This document shows positions 13,420 through 21,215 of a stretch of 64,000 nucleotides of DNA, one piece after another. The first letter of the stretch is position 1; every line of letters starts with the position of its first letter. A program made the translations under genes and the position numbers. The stretch comes from Mytilus californianus (Eukaryota), in the NCBI RefSeq assembly GCF_021869535.1, contig NW_026262712.1, positions 79,174,001-79,238,000 of the forward strand, given 5' to 3'. The notes beneath the pieces are model-generated. The model did no database searches. It was not told the origin of the DNA and saw only the letters and a list, made by a program, of their open reading frames with translations.

Positions 13420-13998
13420 AAACAACCTACAGCTCCTGATTTATATCCAGAATTACCTATAGAAGATGGACAAAATTATAGACTACAAAAAATAACAGAA
13501 ATAGAAAAAACATTAATAAATGAGAGAGATAAACGTAAATCACTATACAAAAAATATAAACGCGGAGTTAATGTTACTGATGGTGTTGATACAAGTTTAA
13601 TTTCGACATCTGTTGTTTTAGCTGGTATAGGAATAGCTTTTCCTATCTTACTTCCCATACAAATTGCAGCTGTTGTATGTGGAAGTTTAGGAAGTCTAGT
13701 TAAATTAATTAGAAGAAAGTTGACAACAAAATCAAAAAAACATTATGAAATTAAAACAATGGCAGAATGCAAGTTAAACAGCATAAAAGATTTAATATCA
13801 AAATCTTTAACTGACGGACAGATAAGTGTAGATGAATTTAAACTTATTTTAGATGAATTAGAAAAATTTAATGAGATGAAAAAAAATTAAAAAAAAGTAA
13901 TTTTAAAAAGTTTACCAGATGATGAAAGAAAAAAACTAATTGAGGAAACAGAAAATAGAGTAAAAAACGAATTAAAAAAAAAAATGGAAAATCTTTGA
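13417..13998 (+). CDS. Viral protein with two hydrophobic segments and a helical C-terminus; in-frame TAA at 13888-13890
   Basis: 157-aa ORF with hydrophobic stretch SLISTSVVLAGIGIAFPILLPIQIAAVVCGSLGSLV. The same frame continues past the TAA as KKVILKSLPDDERKKLIEETENRVKNELKKKMENL* to 13998. Confidence 0.8.
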
Positions 13999-14070
13999 TT
14001 TTCTTTAATAAAATAATTTTAGTTGATAACGGAAATCCACCAAACTATGAATCAATTTTTAATTAAATAA

Positions 14071-14205
14071 ATGGATGAAGAAACAAAAGAAAAATTAGTA
14101 AAAAATGTAAAAATAATGTTAAATAAAAAATTTAATTATTTTTATCTTAAGTTGTTTTTAACAGGTTCTTTTTATTGTTTATTATCTAATATTTTAGATG
14201 AATAA
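14071..14205 (+). CDS. 44-aa small viral ORF with one hydrophobic segment
   Basis: MDEETKEKLVKNVKIMLNKKFNYFYLKLFLTGSFYCLLSNILDE*, preceded by TAAATG. Fills the gap exactly up to the next start at 14207. Confidence 0.5.
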   Translation: MDEETKEKLVKNVKIMLNKKFNYFYLKLFLTGSFYCLLSNILDE

Positions 14206-14206
14206 A

Positions 14207-15532
14207 ATGGCTGAAGGAGGTTATGAGTTTGATAATCCTGAGTTTAAAAATAATGATTATGATGATGATTATGAAGAAGAAGAAACGTCTTTTCAAGATG
14301 ATGAAGAGTTTCAAAATAATATAAATAAGGAATTTGAAATATCAAGAGATTTATCAGAAAATGATGTTAAAATTCGTAAAAAAGAAACTACAAAAAAAAT
14401 GATTAAACAATTTTATAAAAAAAATGGTGAAACTATACGTAATGAAGAGGTTTTTTTTGTTGGGGAAAATCATAAGGGAAGACAAATCTTATATGTAAAA
14501 GATGAAAAAGGTAATGATATTGCATTAACATATTACCAAAAAGGAGTATTAAAGTTTTATAAATTTAGCACTCTTCAAAGAGAATACGGTGTTAATTTTG
14601 TCAGGGATGTTTTAGGTGTAGATGATTATAAAATATCTGATAATTTAAGAGAAGGTAGAGCAGGGTTTCAGAGAATGTTAAATGAACTCGATAATATAGA
14701 AATTCCATTACAAGAAATATCTACACAAGAAGAAGGACAAGAATTATTAGAAACAGCAAGTAATGCAGAAACATATGTGAAAGAAATAGAAACTTCATTT
14801 ATTGAACAAGGAACATCTTTAATAAATGAAGAAACACAAACAAAAATGACAAAAAGAGAGATGGATGGTATAATAAAAGCATTTACAACAGCGGAAGATG
14901 AGATTGCAAATAATTTAGCAAAACTGAATGAAACAAATAAAGACTTAGCAAAAGAAAATGCCAAATTAGAACAAGCTAAAGAAGACAATAATAAATTTCA
15001 AATAGATAGAATAAGTAGTCGAATAAGAGAGTTGGAATCTGAGAGAAGTGCAAGACTAGAAGTAATTAATATTAATAAAGAAAAACTACGTAGTCAAGTA
15101 AACAGATTTAAACAAACAATACATAAAATGTTAAACGAAGACAAAACATTAGGTGAAAGAATAAGAACATTATTCAGAGAACAAGGAATAACAATAGTTA
15201 GTGTTTTAACTGCTTTTGGAATGATTATTGGTGTTATTGTTGAAGCATTTACTGGTGGAACTACTTCTCCTTCTCCTTCTCCTTCTCCTCCATCAAAAGG
15301 TGGTGGTGTACAAGACTGGATAAAAAAACAATTAAAAAATCTTGGAAAATTATTATCTTTTCTTGCAGGAAAATTAGCAGCTGCATTACCAGGTATTATA
15401 GGTTCTATTGTTTCTTGGTTATTGTCTGCAACAAAAGACGTAGTAAATTGGTTTGCAAACAACTTATGGGCATTGCTTATTTTAGTTGTTAGTTTATTGT
15501 TTACTGCTGCTAGAGATTATTTGAAAAAATAA
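14207..15532 (+). CDS. Viral coiled-coil protein with an acidic N-terminus and a C-terminal hydrophobic/amphipathic region
   Basis: 441 aa from the TAAAATG start (MAEGGYEFDNPEF). Heptad-rich middle. Hydrophobic segments ITIVSVLTAFGMIIGVIVEAF, LAAALPGIIGSIVSWLL and LWALLILVVSLLF. Confidence 0.85.
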   Translation: MAEGGYEFDNPEFKNNDYDDDYEEEETSFQDDEEFQNNINKEFEISRDLSENDVKIRKKETTKKMIKQFYKKNGETIRNEEVFFVGENHKGRQILYVKDEKGNDIALTYYQKGVLKFYKFSTLQREYGVNFVRDVLGVDDYKISDNLREGRAGFQRMLNELDNIEIPLQEISTQEEGQELLETASNAETYVKEIETSFIEQGTSLINEETQTKMTKREMDGIIKAFTTAEDEIANNLAKLNETNKDLAKENAKLEQAKEDNNKFQIDRISSRIRELESERSARLEVININKEKLRSQVNRFKQTIHKMLNEDKTLGERIRTLFREQGITIVSVLTAFGMIIGVIVEAFTGGTTSPSPSPSPPSKGGGVQDWIKKQLKNLGKLLSFLAGKLAAALPGIIGSIVSWLLSATKDVVNWFANNLWALLILVVSLLFTAARDYLKK

Positions 15533-16749
15533 AGTGCTGTAAATCCTATTACAATACTTACAAATATTATTGCTTGTTTATTATCTTCATGATCTTCATG
15601 TTCAATTTTTTTTATTGGATCTATTTTTGGTTCTTTAGGCTTTTCAGGTTTTATAGGTTCTTGTGGTTTTACAGGTTCTTTTGGTTTAAAATCAACATGA
15701 TCAAAATTTTTATTATTTAAATCATCATTTAACCCAAGTGTTTGATTTTCTGTTGCAATTATAATTTTATTATTATAACCAACAATACTTCCAATTTGTA
15801 AAACCATATCACTGGGAGACATATATAAACCAAGTCCATAAGCATAATCAACTTTACTTCTTGCATATTTTAAAACATTTTCATAATTCGATATCTGGGT
15901 GGGTAAATCGATAGGACTATTTATTACATCTTGTACATTTGCTAAGAATTGTTTTTGTGCATCAAATCCTGTTCCTACTTTTAAAATTTTTGTTTTTGTT
16001 TGAGATTGTGCACCTAACAAAGCCCATACATAAATTTTAATACTTTCATTAATGCGTTCAATACCTGCTTGTGTAAACCCATTAGAGTTATCTAAAATAA
16101 ATGTTGTCCAAGCCATACTTATATCTTTTTCATGCTTAATAGTATCATGAGTACTAAAGAAAGGTCCTTTAATTTTATTTCTTTGTCTATATTCTCCACT
16201 TGGTTTATAATATTGCTCAAAACTTCCTAATCCTTGACATGATGATTCTAGTTTTTGTCTCCAATTTGTATTTGGAGAAATATTAAATTCATCACATAAT
16301 TTCTGATATGCAGCTTTGTCATATGGGTTCTTGTAATAACAGAAAGAAGAATCTGTTGGTAAAGGTGATTTAAGTTCTTTTAAAATTCTGGCAATACAAT
16401 AATATAAATGAAACATATAAAAAGACTTTGTAAGATTTGAAGTATTTTGTATATGATCATTATAAGAAACACCACATCCTGTACTTGCACACCAAACTGC
16501 AAAATTTAACTGACATTGCCACCAATCAAATGAAGAATGAATCCAGGCATTCCATGGTTCGTTAGTGTGTATTGATGGGTTTTGATAGTTTTGAAATAAA
16601 TCAGGAAAAGCTGTTTTAAAGTTCTCTTTTTGATTTACAAATATCGTTTGATTTACAAGATTTGTTTTTAATTGATGATCTTTTTCAGAATATTTAATAC
16701 CTGGATTATATGAAACATTAGGATTATATTTAAATTCTTTTGTTATCAT
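15517..16749 (-). CDS. 410-aa viral protein of unknown function with a C-terminal membrane anchor
   Basis: Globular-looking body (WWQCQLNFAVWCASTGCGVSY), Pro/Lys/Glu linker (KPKEPVKPQEPIKPEKPKEPK), then AIIFVSIVIGFTALYFF at the very end. Confidence 0.85.
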   Translation of the reverse strand: MITKEFKYNPNVSYNPGIKYSEKDHQLKTNLVNQTIFVNQKENFKTAFPDLFQNYQNPSIHTNEPWNAWIHSSFDWWQCQLNFAVWCASTGCGVSYNDHIQNTSNLTKSFYMFHLYYCIARILKELKSPLPTDSSFCYYKNPYDKAAYQKLCDEFNISPNTNWRQKLESSCQGLGSFEQYYKPSGEYRQRNKIKGPFFSTHDTIKHEKDISMAWTTFILDNSNGFTQAGIERINESIKIYVWALLGAQSQTKTKILKVGTGFDAQKQFLANVQDVINSPIDLPTQISNYENVLKYARSKVDYAYGLGLYMSPSDMVLQIGSIVGYNNKIIIATENQTLGLNDDLNNKNFDHVDFKPKEPVKPQEPIKPEKPKEPKIDPIKKIEHEDHEDNKQAIIFVSIVIGFTALYFFK

Positions 16750-16764
16750 TTTTTTATATTAAAA

Positions 16765-17406
16765 ATGTTTTATACTATTTCAAATATTGATAATACAATA
16801 AACTTAGAACAATACATAAATAACAGAAATGGAAATAAACGTATTGGTTTGAAATTTATAAGATACAGCATAGGTTGGTATAATGTTTATCATGGGTTTA
16901 TAACAAAAACCGGAGAGGAACAGCAAAGGATTATGAATGGTTATTATAGTTTTCAACAAATGGTGGATGAATTTCAAAAAGAAAATATTGTATTATCCGT
17001 AAATGAAGCAAATGGTATCGCTTCATTAAACACTACTACTGAGTTAAGGATAAGTAAGGGTTTGGGAAATATGTTAGGGTTTAATAATAAACGTAAATTC
17101 GAACCTAATGAATTACATTATGGAAACAAATTTGTGGATTTTGCTATCCATAAATCATTATATATCCATTTGGAACAAGTTAGCACTTCTCATAATTATC
17201 TTGATGGTAAGCCAAGTAAATTATTAGCTGTTATTCCAGTTGAAAATAAAGAGTTTGGTGAAGTTATAACAGCGAGATTTGAGCATCCGGAATATAAGTG
17301 TTTAGTAAATGATGTTATAACAGAATTGAAATTAGAAATAAGAGATGAAAATAATAACAAGATAATTAATCATTTACCAATTAATTGTGTTTTAGAAGTT
17401 ATATAA
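16765..17406 (+). CDS. Putative minor capsid protein (penton, single jelly-roll)
   Basis: 213 aa with Polinton penton-type motifs GWYNV, LGNMLGF, LLAVIPVENKEFGEVI, PEYKCL and LEIRDENN. Located upstream of the major capsid gene. Confidence 0.75.
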   Translation: MFYTISNIDNTINLEQYINNRNGNKRIGLKFIRYSIGWYNVYHGFITKTGEEQQRIMNGYYSFQQMVDEFQKENIVLSVNEANGIASLNTTTELRISKGLGNMLGFNNKRKFEPNELHYGNKFVDFAIHKSLYIHLEQVSTSHNYLDGKPSKLLAVIPVENKEFGEVITARFEHPEYKCLVNDVITELKLEIRDENNNKIINHLPINCVLEVI

Positions 17407-17419
17407 TTTATTTAATAAA

Positions 17420-17943
17420 ATGAGCATACTTGGTGTCAAAAAAAAAACGTAGAAAAAGAAATATTAAATATGAAGAGTGAGCTTCAAACAATGGATACTA
17501 AGGATAAAAATTTACATCGGAGTGTCGCTGCCCTAAGCATCAGAGTTTTAAATGTTGAAAATATAGTTGGTAATATTAAAAATAAACCAGACAGAAAAAT
17601 AATAAGTATATATGCTGGAATTGATGGTCCAATACATGGAAATAAAAAGTTTAATTTTGGTGTTGGTGGTGGTTATTATGTAATGAACTTTCCAGGACAA
17701 ATATTGGGTATTAGTTTAGTAAGTTTAAGAACAAACACAGATATTATAGCCATTAAGATGATTGTTAATGATAAGTCAACTAGTTACAAAATGAGTTTGG
17801 GTAATGGTGTCACACACGGTTTTAATAACTTTTATACACCTTTTGAAGTTAAGGCTGGAGATTTAATAAGTTTTATTAGTATGACTAATAATTATACATG
17901 TATCAATACTCTAGTATCAGTGATAATTGAATTATTTTTATAA
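17420..17943 (+). CDS. Putative fibre/spike-like protein (short coil plus beta-rich head); homopolymer frameshift near the 5' end
   Basis: 157-aa ORF from 17470. An upstream TAAAATG at 17420 (MSILGVKK..NVEKEILN) joins in frame if the A10 run at 17438-17447 were A11 or A8. The C-terminal part has alternating beta-type and Gly-rich motifs. Confidence 0.55.
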
Positions 17944-17961
17944 CAAATTTAATCCTTAAAA

Positions 17962-19227
17962 ATGTCGGCATACGGAAACAAATTAAATCCTTACAGAAAA
18001 ATAAGAGAACCCCGTGGTGTGAAAGGTATTCGTCAAAGTGTATCAATAACAAATAATCCTTCAACTATTGATCAAAATCAACAGCTATTAGTGAGATTCC
18101 CCAATCTAAGCAATAATGATGTTATTGTTCCTGGAACAACCAGATTGGCATTTGAAATAGAACTCACATCTACAGACGACAATGCAACTATATATCAAAA
18201 CATAGGAAGAACAATAGTTAAAAAAACAACAATTCGTATAAGTGGAAATGAAATTATGTCAATTGATGATAGTGATATTTATCATTTTTATGTTGATTTA
18301 TGGAAATCTACATCTGAACGTTTAAATATGGCATACCAAGGAATTGGTGAAACAAACATGTTAAAACACAGAGTTGGTGCAGATAATAAAGCATCAGACA
18401 TAGGTGATGAAGCAATTGCAACTGCATATGGTGCAAGATTTTGTATCCCACTTGATTTTGAACTATTAGAAACTCATATGCCTTTTTATCAAGCAGGTCT
18501 TGGTGATAGACTTGAATATGAACTTACATTTAATAATTATAGCAATGTTATTAAATCAACAGATACATCTGCAAGTTATACAATCAAAAACATTTGTTTA
18601 GAATTTGATATGGTTACTGATGCAGAATTAGCAAGACAGATAAGACAACAAGTTAATGGTAAGATGGTTATTTTGTACGATAGAATACTAAGACATAGAA
18701 AAATAACCAAAAACAAATCTGATACATTGTGGAATATAAATTTAAATGTTCCAGCTAGAAGTATGAAAGGAATTCTAATGTTGTTCGAAGATCCTGAAAG
18801 AACAAGTACCGAAACTTATTATAATCCTAACATAACAAAAGTAGAAATGACAATAGAAGGTGTTCCAAATCAACTATACAGTCAAGGAATGAAAGCATAT
18901 CAACAATGGGATGAAATAAATAAATTCTTTGCTTTAAATTCAAAAAGAAATAAAACAACAGAAGAAGTTTTAAAGGATTTAAATTTATCCTATACAACAT
19001 TAGAAAAATATCTTACAACTAATTATGCATTATGGTTAGATTTACGTTCAACAGATGACAACTCATTACACGGTTCAGGTAGAAGAATTGAAAATGCTTC
19101 TGAAGGTATTACTATCCAAATAACTAAAACAGCAGGAGCAAATAAATTAATAAATGTTTATCTGTTTGTTATACAAGATGCACAAATTAATTTTGAAGAT
19201 GGAAGATTTAAAGAAGTTAATTACTAG
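17962..19227 (+). CDS. Putative double jelly-roll major capsid protein
   Basis: 421 aa, beta-rich pattern (LLVRFPNL, RLAFEIEL, FCIPLDF, LEYELTF, ICLEFD) and a C-terminal VYLFVIQDAQINFEDG strand typical of this fold. Size and position next to the penton fit. Confidence 0.8.
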   Translation: MSAYGNKLNPYRKIREPRGVKGIRQSVSITNNPSTIDQNQQLLVRFPNLSNNDVIVPGTTRLAFEIELTSTDDNATIYQNIGRTIVKKTTIRISGNEIMSIDDSDIYHFYVDLWKSTSERLNMAYQGIGETNMLKHRVGADNKASDIGDEAIATAYGARFCIPLDFELLETHMPFYQAGLGDRLEYELTFNNYSNVIKSTDTSASYTIKNICLEFDMVTDAELARQIRQQVNGKMVILYDRILRHRKITKNKSDTLWNINLNVPARSMKGILMLFEDPERTSTETYYNPNITKVEMTIEGVPNQLYSQGMKAYQQWDEINKFFALNSKRNKTTEEVLKDLNLSYTTLEKYLTTNYALWLDLRSTDDNSLHGSGRRIENASEGITIQITKTAGANKLINVYLFVIQDAQINFEDGRFKEVNY

Positions 19228-19610
19228 TAATTGCTGTCTTGACGAACAAGTTCTGCAATCTTATTCCTTTCGGTAATCAATTCACTTATTTTTATTTCCA
19301 ATGTAGTTTTTTCTTCATTCTCGTATGTTCTTTTCGTTGTCAATTTTTTGAGTTTAGTCTTTGCACTAACTTTTTGTCTTGTTAATCTCAACCAAATCCG
19401 TCTTTTGTTTTTATCACCAAAATCTTCTTTAGCTTTGTTTATTCTATCGGTCAACAATTCAATTTCCTTTTTTGTACTGTTTATTTCTGTATCTTGTAAA
19501 TTTATCGTATTATTATGTTTTGCTAACAACGTTTCTAATTTTTCTAATTCATCCGACACTTTAACTAAATTACATCTTCTCAATTCAGATTCCATTTTGA
19601 ATATGAACAT
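19224..19610 (-). CDS. Basic coiled-coil viral protein, unknown function
   Basis: 128-aa ORF, heptad-rich; its stop overlaps the capsid gene stop. The true start may be the ATG at 19595. Confidence 0.65.
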   Translation of the reverse strand: MFIFKMESELRRCNLVKVSDELEKLETLLAKHNNTINLQDTEINSTKKEIELLTDRINKAKEDFGDKNKRRIWLRLTRQKVSAKTKLKKLTTKRTYENEEKTTLEIKISELITERNKIAELVRQDSNY

Positions 19611-19633
19611 GTCACAATTAGGTAGTTAAGATA

Positions 19634-19856
19634 GTGTTTACTGCAACTAAGTAAGTGTTTACTGCAACTAAGGAGTTGTTTATTGAAACTAAGTAAGTGT
19701 TTACTGCAACTAAGTAAATGTTTACTGCAACTAAGGAGTTGTTTACTGTATCTAAGTAAGTATTTATTGAAACTAAGTAAGTGTTTACTGCAACTAAGGA
19801 GTTGTTTACTTTTGTAAAAGTGTAACTAAGTAAGTGTTTACTGCAACTAAGGAGTT
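19634..19856. repeat. 21-bp minisatellite, ten units with core GTTTACTGCAACTAAG
   Basis: TRTTTAY heptamers start at 19635, 19656, 19677, 19698, 19719, 19740, 19761, 19782, 19803 and 19835. Confidence 0.95.
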
Positions 19857-20366
19857 AATCAATAATCCAATTACAGAACTGTTGATATTTTTACATTCCA
19901 TCTATCATTGTATCACTTACAATTTAAAAATTCAGTCATAGTATTGATTATTTGAGTAAAGATAATAAAATGGAGAGAATTATCAATTATCATTTAATTC
20001 AATACTAGTTCTCATCTTCTCTTATTAATGTGATAAAATGCTCAATGGGGTGTATTGTTATTCTTTGTGATAATAAGTTAGTAAATATTAAAGTATTGAT
20101 GTGAAGTGTTGTATTTTATTGAAATAATCATTGCTGTATCATTTGATCCTTGGGATCATTATTATTTAAAATGGATAACTCATTAAAATTGAAAGAAACT
20201 TGATATTTTATAGCCTTGATAACATATTAAGCAATTGAGGCATTTAAATTTCTTTTGTTATATAGGTTTTATAAAAGTGTTTCTAAAGTAAGTGTTTAAT
20301 TCAATAGGATATGACTTTTAAATAAACTAAATCGATCATTGTAAATATTTACAGGTACCTAGAGAT

Positions 20367-21185
20367 TTAAAACTTAGTCATCTGTAATTCTTGTTCATAA
20401 AATCCACCTTTAATATCTTCGCCTTTTAAATCAATTATTCTATAAGTAACAGGGTTTGTATTTAAAACTTTTTCAATTACAAATATTTCTTTGGTCCAAC
20501 GAGTAGTATAACCCTTTTCAAATTTACCTTTCTTTTTTGTTATTCTTACTCTAACACCTACTTTGAATTTAGGTTTTTTAATTTTCTCTTCCTTTTCTGG
20601 ATATAAATTTTTATACACTGTTAATTCATTTTTTAATTTACTTGCTTGAACAGGTGTCATTTTAATTGAAGAATGTACTGTATTATTATAATTTTTAACT
20701 AATTTATCTAATATATCATAATATTTTAAAGTTTCATTAGCAGTAAAGTATTTAAACATATGTTGTTTCATTGTACCTATCCAGCGTTCCACCACGCTGC
20801 TCTTTTCCTCATTCTCAGTTGAATATAACTTTATGTTATTATCTTTTAACAATTCTTTTACTTGTCGATTATAAAATTCAGATCCTTTATCCGACCAAAT
20901 ATACATTGGTTTTCTTTCTTTAAATAATGTTTTAAATGCTTCACTCACTGCTACTCCTGTTTTATTTTTCAATGGAATCAACCAACCATATTTACTAAAA
21001 ACATCTATAACTGCTAATAAATATTTATAGTGTTTATTTTGTTTTGAATATTGTTGTATATCTATCAAATCAACTGCCCATGTTTGATCTATTGAATTAA
21101 CATAAACACGTCTTTTAGGAAAAGATTTTATAACTCTATGATGTAATTCATCTGCTAATTTATTTGTTAGATTTGTTTTAGACAT
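20367..21185 (-). CDS. INT: Retroviral-type (rve, DDE) integrase of Polinton type
   Basis: WAVDL (D), IWSDKGSEF (D) and SSVVERW (E), plus the Polinton C-terminal region KFKVGVRVRI…FEKGY…WTKEIF…FYEQELQ. Confidence 0.95.
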   Translation of the reverse strand: MSKTNLTNKLADELHHRVIKSFPKRRVYVNSIDQTWAVDLIDIQQYSKQNKHYKYLLAVIDVFSKYGWLIPLKNKTGVAVSEAFKTLFKERKPMYIWSDKGSEFYNRQVKELLKDNNIKLYSTENEEKSSVVERWIGTMKQHMFKYFTANETLKYYDILDKLVKNYNNTVHSSIKMTPVQASKLKNELTVYKNLYPEKEEKIKKPKFKVGVRVRITKKKGKFEKGYTTRWTKEIFVIEKVLNTNPVTYRIIDLKGEDIKGGFYEQELQMTKF

Positions 21186-21215
21186 TTTTAAGTAACTAAA
21201 ATGTTTTCTTAAAAA

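Noticed and set aside
19634-19856. 21-bp array as a CRISPR array
   Set aside because: No unique spacers between the repeats, no cas genes, and the context is eukaryotic.
19857-20366. ~500-bp gap in the virus as a hidden or decayed gene
   Set aside because: Only very short frames were found and no protease-like remnant was recognisable.
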